From Roseibacillus sp. (GTDB lineage: Bacteria; Verrucomicrobiota; Verrucomicrobiia; Verrucomicrobiales; Akkermansiaceae), in contig JBPOGI010000007.1 of assembly GCA_051251855.1 (NCBI GenBank), positions 264,984 through 328,983 on the forward strand: 64,000 nucleotides of DNA, read 5' to 3'. Every line of letters begins with the position of its first letter. Position 1 is the first letter of the stretch. The notes beneath the pieces are model-generated. The model was not told the origin of the DNA. It did not search any database and saw only the letters and a list, made by a program, of their open reading frames with translations. The translations under genes and the position numbers were made by a program. Below are positions 37,168 to 46,682 of the stretch, one piece after another.

Positions 37168-38025
37168 ATGTCTGAACAGAACCAAAATCGAAACAACCGC
37201 AGTGGCGGAAATGGCGGAAATCGCAATCGTAACCAAAACCGCAGAGGCGGACAGGGAGGCGGACAAGGCGGCAACCGTAGCCAAGGAGGCAATCGCAACA
37301 ACCGTGGCGGCAATAGCGGCGGCGGTGGCAATGCCGGTGACAAGCGCAACGAATTACAACCCTCACGCGGACGGCGTCCACGCAAGAAGCCCCTCACCTT
37401 CTGGCAAAAATGCCTCAAGGCAGTCGGACTTTACAAAGAGACCGACGCACCAGCCAAAGGAAGCCAACAAAAGAGCGGACAACAAAACAACGCCTCCAAA
37501 AAGCAGGCAGCGAAGAAGTCCGGCCGTGTTTCCGGCGGTGGACGTGTTGAAAAAGGCCAAAGCCAAGGGCAAAGAGAAGGCCAAAAGCCTCGCCAACCGC
37601 GCAAAAAGACTCCCCCACCGACCAAAGTCGAAACCCCTCGTCTCTACGTCGGCAACCTCTCCTACGATGCCACCGAGTATGACCTAGAAGAACTCTTCAA
37701 AGGCGTTGGCGCCGTCCGCAAGGTCGAACTGGTCTACAACCGCCACACCCACAAGTCCAAAGGCTACGGATTCGTTAATATGGCTAACATGGAAGAGGCC
37801 GAGCGCGCCGTCGAGGTGCTCCACGACCAACCCTTCATGGGCCGTAAGATGATCGTCAACGGAGCCCGCTCCAAAGGCCCCAACGACAGCGGTCCAAAGC
37901 CCGAGGCGAACGGGGACTCTGTAGAGGAACCCAAGCAGGAAAGCGCACCCACCACTCCGGCCCCTGCGTCCGACGTTCCTGCGGAAGAAGAAGTTCACTC
38001 CCTCGCCCCGGACAAACCGCAATAG
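37168..38025 (+). CDS. RRM RNA-binding protein with long low-complexity N-terminus
   Basis: RNP2 LYVGNL and RNP1 KGYGFVNM, with an N/G/R/Q-rich N-terminus. ATG 37168. Confidence 0.92.
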   Translation: MSEQNQNRNNRSGGNGGNRNRNQNRRGGQGGGQGGNRSQGGNRNNRGGNSGGGGNAGDKRNELQPSRGRRPRKKPLTFWQKCLKAVGLYKETDAPAKGSQQKSGQQNNASKKQAAKKSGRVSGGGRVEKGQSQGQREGQKPRQPRKKTPPPTKVETPRLYVGNLSYDATEYDLEELFKGVGAVRKVELVYNRHTHKSKGYGFVNMANMEEAERAVEVLHDQPFMGRKMIVNGARSKGPNDSGPKPEANGDSVEEPKQESAPTTPAPASDVPAEEEVHSLAPDKPQ

Positions 38026-38047
38026 CCTTCTGACACGAAACATTCTC

Positions 38048-38083
38048 AAACCTCTCGCTGGCCTGCGCCACGAGGGGTTTTTT
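38048..38083 (+). terminator. Intrinsic terminator
   Basis: AAACCTCTCG(C)TGGC-CTGC-GCCA-CGAGGGGTTTTTT. Confidence 0.75.
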
Positions 38084-38154
38084 CTTATCGGGGAATCACT
38101 CCACTGACTCAAAGCCCCCTTCTCCCCAAGCTCTTGTCCTGCTTCCCTTTCCCC

Positions 38155-40359
38155 GTGCGCTGGCTCCTTCTTGCTCTTCTTCTTCCCCTCACCTCGTGTC
38201 GGGAGAAAGACCCTTGGGCGGGTGACCCCAATGTCCCCTCCAAAATTTCCTTCAACCAACACATTCGCCCCCTCCTGACTCGCGAGTGCCTTCAGTGCCA
38301 TAACGAAGAGAACTCCATGGCAGGACTCAGTCTCGACCGCCCCTCTGGCGTCGCCTCCGTCACCTCCGACAACAGCCCCAAGAAATCCCTTCTCTGGGAA
38401 AAAATCGTCGCCGACCACCCCATCGTCCTTCCCGAGCGCGACAAAGCCATCCTCTGGCGCTGGATCAAACAAGGCACTCCCACCGAGAGCCACTGGGCCG
38501 CCCTTCCCATTGCCAACGGCTCCGCTCGACCACACTCTCTCTCCGCAGAATCCCCAGTCGAAGACCAAGAATTCGCTTTTCTCGCACGCTCTCTCTTTGG
38601 TCGCAACCCCAACCCCGCCGAAGTCACTTACAACAATCAACACCAACCCGCGCGTGGCGACCTCATCGACAGCATGCTGCGACAAAGACCCTTCGCCGAA
38701 TTCTTCAAGACCCGCCTCCTCCTCCTCTCCGGTGCTCGCCCCGTTTCCACCGACAGCACCTTCGCCCCCTACCTGCGCTGGCTCGATACCGAAATCGCCA
38801 ACCCCAGCTTCGCTCTCGACGACTTCTTTCGCGAATCCCTCGCCGGTGATCTCCTCCCGGCCGCAGGCCAACAAGGTGCCATTGCCACCGCTTGGACCCG
38901 TCTCCCTCACCGCGCAGACATCAACTCCTTGAGCCAACGAGTCGCTCAAAACCTGCTCGCCATCGACCTCACTCAACCAGCCACCCCCAACGACCTTTGG
39001 CCCAGTGCCGCCGAAGTCTTACCCGCCTTTCTTCCCACCTTCCCCCCCGCCGCCAAAGGAGACATCGCCACCCCCCCCTTCCTGCCTATCCATACCCCTC
39101 AACAAATCGAAGCCCTCAAAATATCGCAAGGCGCTGAACCTATTGCTTGGAAAGCCGCTCAAGACGTTCCTGAGTCCGCCACCGTCAATTTTGCGCAATG
39201 GCTCGCTCTAGAGGAACCTGCTGTCAGCATCCCCGACCTCGCCGTCGCTTTTTCCTTTGATAGCGCCAGCCCCCAAGACCTCGCCCCTCAGCCCGTCGCC
39301 CGCCTGCGCCCGCCTGCCACCTTCGCCGAAGGAGTGCAAGGCACCGCTCTCGCCGCCCCCGCAAACTTCGAAGGTCTCCCCCTCTCTTCTGATCGCGCCT
39401 TCACCTTTTCCTTCTTCCTCAACTTAGCCGCCCTCCCTGAATCAGAGTCCCCCCTCTTCTTTGCACAAACGAGCCAAGGAGCCCCCGTCGGATTTCGACT
39501 CAACCTCGCCTCCGACAGCCTCACCATCGCTCTCCTCAATGGTTCATCCGCCAATGCCCTCGCAGTCAAAGCTCAAATCCTTCCCAAACCAGGCCAATGG
39601 CATCACCTTGCCATCACCTACAACGGGTCTCGCAAAACCGAAGGGTTTCAATTCTGGATCGACGCCCAACAAGTTCCTCTCACCACCACCAACGACAACC
39701 TCTATGGCATCGCCAAAGCCCCCGCAGGAATACTTTCATTCCACAGCCCTAGCTCAGTTGAAGCCCAGCCCACCCTCCTCGACGAACTCCAAATCTATCG
39801 CAGCGTCCTGAGCGAAATCGAAATCGCGCACCTTCGCGACGGCAAAGCCCTCCTCGAAGCCGTTCGCAACGAATTCCCTCGCGAAGACCTCCTCTTCAAC
39901 TACTACCTTCGTAGTAAAAGCCCCGCTGCCCGCGACCGAACAACCCGGGCCATCAACGCCTCCAACGAGGTCTCCACCCTTCAAAACACCGGCTTCCTCG
40001 TCCCTGTCGCAGGTCCCACTCCGACTCCAGAAATCCGCCCCACCCTCCCCTTCAACCCCCTCCCCATGAGTGCCGAACCCAATCGTCTGGGACTCGCCAA
40101 CTGGCTCCTCGACGACCGCAACCCTGTCACTCCCCGCGTGCTCGCCAGCCGACTCTATCAAATGGTTCATGGAGTCAGCCTTCTCCCCAGCGAAAACATC
40201 TCCGACCCTTGGAAAACCCCGAGCGATGCCGCACTCCTCGACTTCCTTGCTCGCGATATCTTAGTCAAGGAATGGAACCTACGCGGCATCCTCCGCACCA
40301 TCCTTCTTCACCCCCCACAGAAGACCAGCCCCGAACCACCTCAGGAAGTCTCCATCTAA
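38155..40359 (+). CDS. Planctomycete-type cytochrome c / degenerate DUF1549 / LamG / degenerate DUF1553 lipoprotein
   Basis: Lipobox LTSC; ISFNQHIRPLL..ECLQCH...WIKQG; LAGDLLP; WHHLAITYNGS...LDELQIY; NRLGLANWL..NPVTPRV. Confidence 0.8.
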   Translation: MRWLLLALLLPLTSCREKDPWAGDPNVPSKISFNQHIRPLLTRECLQCHNEENSMAGLSLDRPSGVASVTSDNSPKKSLLWEKIVADHPIVLPERDKAILWRWIKQGTPTESHWAALPIANGSARPHSLSAESPVEDQEFAFLARSLFGRNPNPAEVTYNNQHQPARGDLIDSMLRQRPFAEFFKTRLLLLSGARPVSTDSTFAPYLRWLDTEIANPSFALDDFFRESLAGDLLPAAGQQGAIATAWTRLPHRADINSLSQRVAQNLLAIDLTQPATPNDLWPSAAEVLPAFLPTFPPAAKGDIATPPFLPIHTPQQIEALKISQGAEPIAWKAAQDVPESATVNFAQWLALEEPAVSIPDLAVAFSFDSASPQDLAPQPVARLRPPATFAEGVQGTALAAPANFEGLPLSSDRAFTFSFFLNLAALPESESPLFFAQTSQGAPVGFRLNLASDSLTIALLNGSSANALAVKAQILPKPGQWHHLAITYNGSRKTEGFQFWIDAQQVPLTTTNDNLYGIAKAPAGILSFHSPSSVEAQPTLLDELQIYRSVLSEIEIAHLRDGKALLEAVRNEFPREDLLFNYYLRSKSPAARDRTTRAINASNEVSTLQNTGFLVPVAGPTPTPEIRPTLPFNPLPMSAEPNRLGLANWLLDDRNPVTPRVLASRLYQMVHGVSLLPSENISDPWKTPSDAALLDFLARDILVKEWNLRGILRTILLHPPQKTSPEPPQEVSI

Positions 40360-40439
40360 AAAAACGGGAGGGCGTAGGCAGGCCCTGCCGCATCGAGGTC
40401 ACCCTTTCCATCTCCCAAAATTTCGCTAAAGTCCCGCCC

Positions 40440-41756
40440 GTGACTGGTCCCAAAAACGTTCTCATCATCGGCGGCGGATTCGCTGGCCTTGCCTGCGCCC
40501 AAAAGCTTGCTGACGACCCTCGCTTCCAAGTCACTCTCATCGACAAAGAGAACCACCACCTCTTTCAGCCCCTTCTCTACCAAGTCGCCACCACTTCCCT
40601 TGCAGCCCCCGACATTGCCCGCTCCCTGCGCGCCATCCTCAGCAAAGCCGAAAACGTCAAAGTCCTTCTCGACACCATCACCCAAGTCGACCCCCTTGCC
40701 AAAATCGCCACCTCCGAAAAACGCAGCTATTCCTTCGACTACCTCGTCCTCGCCTGCGGAGCGCGCACCTCCTTCTTCGGTAAAGACGAATGGGCCCAGC
40801 ACACCATCGGCCTCAAGTCCCTTGAAGACGCTCACCGCGTGCGAGCTCGCGTCCTTGGAGCCCTCGAAGAGGCCGAAATCACCGAAGACCTCGCCGAACG
40901 CCGCCGCCTCATGACCATTCTGCTAGTTGGCGGTGGCCCCACCGGAGTTGAACTCGCAGGAGCCTTCTCCGACCTTGTGCGACGCGCCATGCGATCTGAC
41001 TTTCGCAACATCGACCCCGCCGATCTCAACATCGTCCTCGTTCAGTCCGGCGACCGACTCCTCAAACCCTTCGACCCCCAACTCTCCGACTACGCCAAGT
41101 GCCGCCTGCAAGACCTCGGCGTCGAAGTCCTTCTCGGTCCTCGTGTCGATGACATCCAGCCCGGCCGCGCCCACCTCAATAAACCCTCTTCCTCTTCTCT
41201 CGTCTCCGAAGACGGCTGGATCGAAGCTGAAACCATCATCTGGTCCGCAGGCATCCAAGCAAATGACCTCACCAAACAGATCGGCGTCGAAACCGATCGC
41301 GGAGGCCGCATCGCCGTCGAACCCGACCTTTCCCTCCCCGGCCATCCCGACCTCTTTGCAGCCGGCGACATCATCGACCTCGTCGACAAAAACGGAGTCA
41401 AAGTCCCCGGCCTCTCCCCCGCCGCCGCCCAAGCCGGCAAGCACATCGCCAAACTCCTTAAAGAAGAAGCCCGCCTCGAGACCACCGACCACGCCCAGCG
41501 CAAAGTCTCCCTCCGCCCCAAGTTCGCCTATTGGGACAAAGGCACCATGGCCATCATCGGCAAAAACCAAGCCGTTATGCAAACCGAGAAGATTCGCATG
41601 AAAGGCTTCTTCGCCTGGATTGCCTGGCTCCTCATCCACGTCGCCTTCCTCGTCGGCTTCCGCTCCAAACTCTTCGTTCTCATGCAATGGGCCTACGCCT
41701 ACCTCGTAGACAAACCCGGGGCCCGCGTCTTCGTCAACCGCGACAGCCGCGATTGA
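40440..41756 (+). CDS. ndh: Type II NAD(P)H:quinone oxidoreductase, copy 1
   Basis: IIGGGFAG, HLFQPLLYQVAT, VGGGPTGVELAG, FAAGD, YWDKGTMA. GTG 40440, 438 aa. Confidence 0.93.
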   Translation: MTGPKNVLIIGGGFAGLACAQKLADDPRFQVTLIDKENHHLFQPLLYQVATTSLAAPDIARSLRAILSKAENVKVLLDTITQVDPLAKIATSEKRSYSFDYLVLACGARTSFFGKDEWAQHTIGLKSLEDAHRVRARVLGALEEAEITEDLAERRRLMTILLVGGGPTGVELAGAFSDLVRRAMRSDFRNIDPADLNIVLVQSGDRLLKPFDPQLSDYAKCRLQDLGVEVLLGPRVDDIQPGRAHLNKPSSSSLVSEDGWIEAETIIWSAGIQANDLTKQIGVETDRGGRIAVEPDLSLPGHPDLFAAGDIIDLVDKNGVKVPGLSPAAAQAGKHIAKLLKEEARLETTDHAQRKVSLRPKFAYWDKGTMAIIGKNQAVMQTEKIRMKGFFAWIAWLLIHVAFLVGFRSKLFVLMQWAYAYLVDKPGARVFVNRDSRD

Positions 41757-41815
41757 AAGACCGCATCCACAACCTCACTGCTTTCTATTCTTCAAATATG
41801 AACTAGACTCCGCCT

Positions 41816-43132
41816 GTGCCTGGACCAAAGAACGTTCTTATTATCGGCGGCGGTTTCGCCGGTCTCTCCTGTGCCCAAAAGCTTGCCGATGACCCGCGCT
41901 TCCAAGTCACCCTCATCGACAAAGAGAACCACCACCTTTTTCAACCCCTCCTCTACCAAGTAGCCACTACCTCCCTCGCGGCTCCCGACATTGCCCGGTC
42001 CTTGCGCGGTATTCTTTCCAAAGCCGAAAACGTCAAAGTGCTCCTCGACACCATTATCAAAGTCGATGCCAGCAGCAAAGTCGCCACCTCAGCGGAACAC
42101 GAATACCCCTTCGACTATCTCGTCCTCGCCTGCGGAGCACGCACCTCTTTCTTCGGGAACGACGGCTGGGCCGAACACACCATCGGACTCAAGTCTCTCT
42201 CCGATGCCCTTCAAGTCCGCGCTCGTGTCCTCGAAGCCCTCGAACACGCCGAAATCACCAAAGACCTTGCCCAACGCCGCCGCCTCATGACCATCGTCTT
42301 GATTGGAGGAGGCCCCACCGGAGTTGAGCTCGCAGGAGCCTTTTCTGACCTCGTACGCCGCGCCATTCGCGCTGACTTCCGAAACATCGATCCCGCGGAC
42401 CTCAACATTGTTCTCGTAGAAGCTGGCAGCCGCCTGCTTGCCCCTTTCGACCCTCAACTCTCCGAATACGCCAAACACCGACTGCAAGACCTCGGCGTCG
42501 AGGTCCTCCTCGGACCCACCGTCGATGACATCCAACCCGGTCGCGTCCACCTTAATAAAGAGACCTCCTCTTCCCTCGTCTCCGACGAAGGCTGGATCGA
42601 AGCCGAAACCATCATCTGGGCTGCGGGAGTGCAAGCCAACGACCTCACCAAACAAATCGGAATCGAAACTGATCGCGGCGGACGCATCGCCGTCGAACCC
42701 GACCTCTCCCTCCCCGGACATCCCGACCTCTTTGCTGCCGGAGACATCATCAACCTGGTCGATAAGAACGGCCTCAAAGTTCCCGGACTCTCCCCCGCAG
42801 CCGCACAAGCCGGTAAACATATCGCCAAGCTCCTCAAAGAAGAAGCTCGCCTCGAGACCACCGATCACGCCCAGCGCAAAGTCTCCCTCCGCCCCAAGTT
42901 TGCCTACTGGGACAAAGGCAACATGGCCATTATCGGAAAAAACCACGCCGTCATGCAAACAGAGAAGATTCGCATGAAGGGATTTTTCGCCTGGGTTGCC
43001 TGGCTCATGGTCCACGTCGTCTTCCTCGTCGGCTTCCGCTCCAAGCTCTTCGTCCTCCTGCAATGGGCTTACTCCTACCTCATCAACAAGCCCGGCGCAC
43101 GCGTCTTCGTCCACCGCAAAGACAACGACTAA
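41816..43132 (+). CDS. ndh: Type II NADH:quinone oxidoreductase, copy 2
   Basis: Same motifs, 438 aa, collinear with copy 1. Confidence 0.93.
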   Translation: MPGPKNVLIIGGGFAGLSCAQKLADDPRFQVTLIDKENHHLFQPLLYQVATTSLAAPDIARSLRGILSKAENVKVLLDTIIKVDASSKVATSAEHEYPFDYLVLACGARTSFFGNDGWAEHTIGLKSLSDALQVRARVLEALEHAEITKDLAQRRRLMTIVLIGGGPTGVELAGAFSDLVRRAIRADFRNIDPADLNIVLVEAGSRLLAPFDPQLSEYAKHRLQDLGVEVLLGPTVDDIQPGRVHLNKETSSSLVSDEGWIEAETIIWAAGVQANDLTKQIGIETDRGGRIAVEPDLSLPGHPDLFAAGDIINLVDKNGLKVPGLSPAAAQAGKHIAKLLKEEARLETTDHAQRKVSLRPKFAYWDKGNMAIIGKNHAVMQTEKIRMKGFFAWVAWLMVHVVFLVGFRSKLFVLLQWAYSYLINKPGARVFVHRKDND

Positions 43133-43154
43133 ACCTATCTCCCAACTCACGAGA

Positions 43155-45530
43155 ATGCATATTTCAACACCGCTTCTTCTCGCTCTCTCAATACTCTCCG
43201 GAAAAGCAGCGCCCCTCACTCTCGCCTACGAACATCCCGCCGAAGAGTGGGCCGACGCCCTCCCCATCGGCAACGGCAGACTCGGCGCCATGGTCTACGG
43301 CGGACCTAACCTGGAGCGCTTGCAGCTCAACGAAGACACCCTTTGGAGCGGCAGCCCCCAGTCTTACGACAATCCCGAGGCCTACCAACACCTCGCCCCC
43401 GTGCGGCAACTTCTTGCCGACGAAAAGTATGCCGAAGCCGAAGAGCTGGCCGAAGAAATGATGGGCACTCCCATCTATCAGGCCGCTTACCAACCACTGG
43501 GCGACCTGCTCCTCAATTTCCCCACCGGAGAAAAATCGAGCAACTATCGCCGCGAACTCGACTTAAAAACAGCGACCACCACCGTCTCCTATCAAATCGG
43601 AGATACCAACTTCAAGCGCACCATCTTCGCCTCCGCCCCCGACGACGCCATCGTCATTCAACTCGACTGCAATCGAGCAAACCGCCTGAACTTTGATGTC
43701 AGCCTCACCAGCCCACACCCCACCACCTCCCGCGCTGAGGAAGACGGCAGCTTGCTCATCGAAGGTCAAGTCGCTCCCCGCCCCGAGCAATTCCAAAGCA
43801 GTTCCCGAGCCCTCATCGCCAACTGGGACGAGCCCGGAACCCAATTCGCCACCCGAATCAAAGTCTATGCCGAAGGAGGAACTTCAGTACGTGCTCAAGG
43901 ACCTGTCACCACCTACCAAAACAAAATTTCCGTCAGAGACGCCGACTCCGTCACCATCGTGCTCTCTGCGGCCACCAGCTTCGTCAACGCCCAAGACGTC
44001 AGCGGCGACCCCGTAGCAAAACTCAACGACACCTTCACCGCGCTCGCAGACAAAGACTTCCCCGAACTCCAACAACGACACATCGAAGACTACCAAGCCC
44101 TCTTCAACCGCGTCTCTTTTCAACTGGGCGATGAGATTGCCGACACCCCTCTCATCAGCGACCTCCGCTCCGCCATTGCCGAAGAAGTGTTAGAAGACTC
44201 TTTCGCCGAACTCCTCTTTCAATACGGCCGCTACCTCATGATAGCCGGCTCCCGCCCCGGAACCCAACCGCTCAACCTACAGGGCATTTGGAACGCCGAC
44301 GTGAGCCCCCCTTGGGCCAGCAAATACACCATCAACATCAATATCCAGATGAACTACTGGGTCGCCGAGGTCTGCAACCTCAGCGAATGCCACGAACCCT
44401 TCCTTCGCATGGCCTCCGAATTACAAAAACCCGGAGCCGCCACCGCCAAGACCCACTATCAAGCCCAAGGATGGATGACCCATCACAACACCGACCTCTG
44501 GCGCGGAACCGCCCCTGTTGACGGAGCCCATTGGGGCATGTGGCCCACCGGCGGCGCATGGCTTTGCCAGCATCTTTGGGAGCATTATCTCTACACTCAA
44601 GACGCCGACTTCCTCGCCGAAAGCTATCCCGTCATCAAAGGAGCCACCCAGTTCTTCCTTGATGTCCTCGTCGAAAACCAAGAAGGACTTCTCATCACCT
44701 CCCCGTCCCTCTCACCCGAACACAGCCACGGCGGAGGGACCGAGGACGGTCTCAGCGCCGATCGCTCCGGAGTATCTCATTGCGACGGACCCACCATGGA
44801 CCTCCAACTTCTGCGTGACCTCTTTGCCAACTGTATGCGAGCGAGCGAACTGTTAGATAGCGACGCTGAGTTTCGAGAAAAAGTCTCCAAGGCCCGCCAA
44901 CGTTTGGCTCCCATGCAAATTGGTCGCCACGGTCAACTGCAAGAATGGCTCGTCGATTGGGACAACCCCGACAATCCCCACAGCCATGTCTCTCACCTTT
45001 ACGGACTCTTCCCCAGCCCCCAACTCAATCCTCAAGACGAACCCGAACTCTTCCAAGCCGCCCGCACCTCCCTCATCCAACGCGGCCTCCGAGGAGGCTG
45101 GCCCGGGGCTTGGAGAATTGCCTTATGGGCCCGCGCAGGCGACGGAGAGAAAGCACTCACCTCCATCAAAAACGTGGCCCAAGGCTTCGAAACCAACCTC
45201 TTCAACCATGGCCGCGTCTTCCAAATCGATGCCAACTTTGGACTCACCGCCGGAATCGCCGAAATGCTCCTCCAAAGCCACCTCACCCAAGAAGACGGCA
45301 CCCAAATCATCCAACTCCTCCCCACCCTCCCCAGCGATTGGGCCAACGGCACCATCACCGGCCTGAGAGCAAGAGGCGGCTTCGAAGTCGATATCATCTG
45401 GAAGGACGGACAAGTCGCCAGCTACCAAGTTTCCAGCCAACAGGGAGGAAAGTGCCTCATCGTTGCCAACGGCAAAGAACACCCCCTCACACTCGTCCCC
45501 GGCGAAGCAAGCGCTTGGAAAAAAGAGTAG
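43155..45530 (+). CDS. Glycoside hydrolase family 95 (alpha-L-fucosidase-like), exported
   Basis: ALPIGNGRLGAM, FQYGRYLMI, NLQGIW, ININIQMNYW, SPEH, HVSHLYGL, QIDANFG. ATG 43155. Confidence 0.94.
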   Translation: MHISTPLLLALSILSGKAAPLTLAYEHPAEEWADALPIGNGRLGAMVYGGPNLERLQLNEDTLWSGSPQSYDNPEAYQHLAPVRQLLADEKYAEAEELAEEMMGTPIYQAAYQPLGDLLLNFPTGEKSSNYRRELDLKTATTTVSYQIGDTNFKRTIFASAPDDAIVIQLDCNRANRLNFDVSLTSPHPTTSRAEEDGSLLIEGQVAPRPEQFQSSSRALIANWDEPGTQFATRIKVYAEGGTSVRAQGPVTTYQNKISVRDADSVTIVLSAATSFVNAQDVSGDPVAKLNDTFTALADKDFPELQQRHIEDYQALFNRVSFQLGDEIADTPLISDLRSAIAEEVLEDSFAELLFQYGRYLMIAGSRPGTQPLNLQGIWNADVSPPWASKYTININIQMNYWVAEVCNLSECHEPFLRMASELQKPGAATAKTHYQAQGWMTHHNTDLWRGTAPVDGAHWGMWPTGGAWLCQHLWEHYLYTQDADFLAESYPVIKGATQFFLDVLVENQEGLLITSPSLSPEHSHGGGTEDGLSADRSGVSHCDGPTMDLQLLRDLFANCMRASELLDSDAEFREKVSKARQRLAPMQIGRHGQLQEWLVDWDNPDNPHSHVSHLYGLFPSPQLNPQDEPELFQAARTSLIQRGLRGGWPGAWRIALWARAGDGEKALTSIKNVAQGFETNLFNHGRVFQIDANFGLTAGIAEMLLQSHLTQEDGTQIIQLLPTLPSDWANGTITGLRARGGFEVDIIWKDGQVASYQVSSQQGGKCLIVANGKEHPLTLVPGEASAWKKE

Positions 45531-45557
45531 TCAATTTTTTCACTCAAACGACTCCCT

Positions 45558-46673
45558 ATGCCCACCCCTCACCCATTCACTCCTGCTGAAATGAGGGCGC
45601 GACTCTCGGCCATTCGCAACCAAATGGCGACCCAAGGAATCGACGCTCTCGTCACCCGCAACCAGGCGAATGTCCGCTATGCCACCGGATTCCGTGGCGA
45701 ACCCCACACCCTCCTTCTCACCGCAGAAACAGCAGTCCTCTACACCTCCTTCCGCACTCTCCCTTGGGCCCAACAACAAACGCAGCCCGTCCAATCCCAA
45801 CTCGAACTCAGCACCTCGCCTTCCCCCATCGACGACATCGCAAAAAGAATCACCTCCGAAGCCACCAACGTAGGCGTTGACCTCACTCTCACCCATCCCC
45901 AGTTCCTCTCCTTCTCGGAAAAACTCCCGTCCAAAAGCCTCACTCCTTGCTCAGTCATCGAGCATACCCGCCGGTATAAGTCCCCCGCCGAAATCGAGCT
46001 CCTCATCCAGTCCCAACTCATTAACGAAAGCATCTTCAACGCCGTCATCCCCCAAATCAAACCCGGCCTCACCGAGCGCACCGTCCAAGGCATCATCCTC
46101 ACCGAAATCGGCCAACGAGAAGAAATCGACGGTTACTCCTTCGCCCCCATCGTCGCCGCCGGGGGCAACGCTTGGGAAATCCATCACCTTCCCGACCACA
46201 CCCCCATCAAGGACAACGATATCCTTCTCCTCGACCTCGGCGTCATCTATCAGGGCTACGCCTCCGACATGACTCGAACCATCTCCATCGGCAAAGCCAG
46301 CTCGCAGGAGCACGAAGTTTACGAAATTGTTAGAAAGGCCCAAGAAGCCGCCATCGCCCACCTCAAACCTCAGGCGCAGACCCACGACGTCGACCAAATA
46401 GCACGCGGAGTCATCACCCAGGCCGGCCACGGAAAGAGCTTCACCCACGGACTCGGCCACAGCATCGGACTCGAAACCCACGACCCCGGCCTCAACCTCT
46501 CCCCTTCAACCCCCAACGAAATCATCGCACCCGGCATGGCCTTCACCGTCGAACCCGGCATCTATCTCGAAAACGCTTTCGGCGTCCGCATCGAAGACGT
46601 CATCATCGCCACCCCGGAGGGTAACCTCAACATCACCCAACAGCCCAAAGACCTTCTCGAACTTCACTGCTAA
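45558..46673 (+). CDS. Xaa-Pro peptidase (M24B)
   Basis: DLG, YASDMTRT, HGLGHSIGLETHD, TVEPGIY, GVRIED. Confidence 0.93.
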   Translation: MPTPHPFTPAEMRARLSAIRNQMATQGIDALVTRNQANVRYATGFRGEPHTLLLTAETAVLYTSFRTLPWAQQQTQPVQSQLELSTSPSPIDDIAKRITSEATNVGVDLTLTHPQFLSFSEKLPSKSLTPCSVIEHTRRYKSPAEIELLIQSQLINESIFNAVIPQIKPGLTERTVQGIILTEIGQREEIDGYSFAPIVAAGGNAWEIHHLPDHTPIKDNDILLLDLGVIYQGYASDMTRTISIGKASSQEHEVYEIVRKAQEAAIAHLKPQAQTHDVDQIARGVITQAGHGKSFTHGLGHSIGLETHDPGLNLSPSTPNEIIAPGMAFTVEPGIYLENAFGVRIEDVIIATPEGNLNITQQPKDLLELHC

Positions 46674-46682
46674 CTCCCAGCC

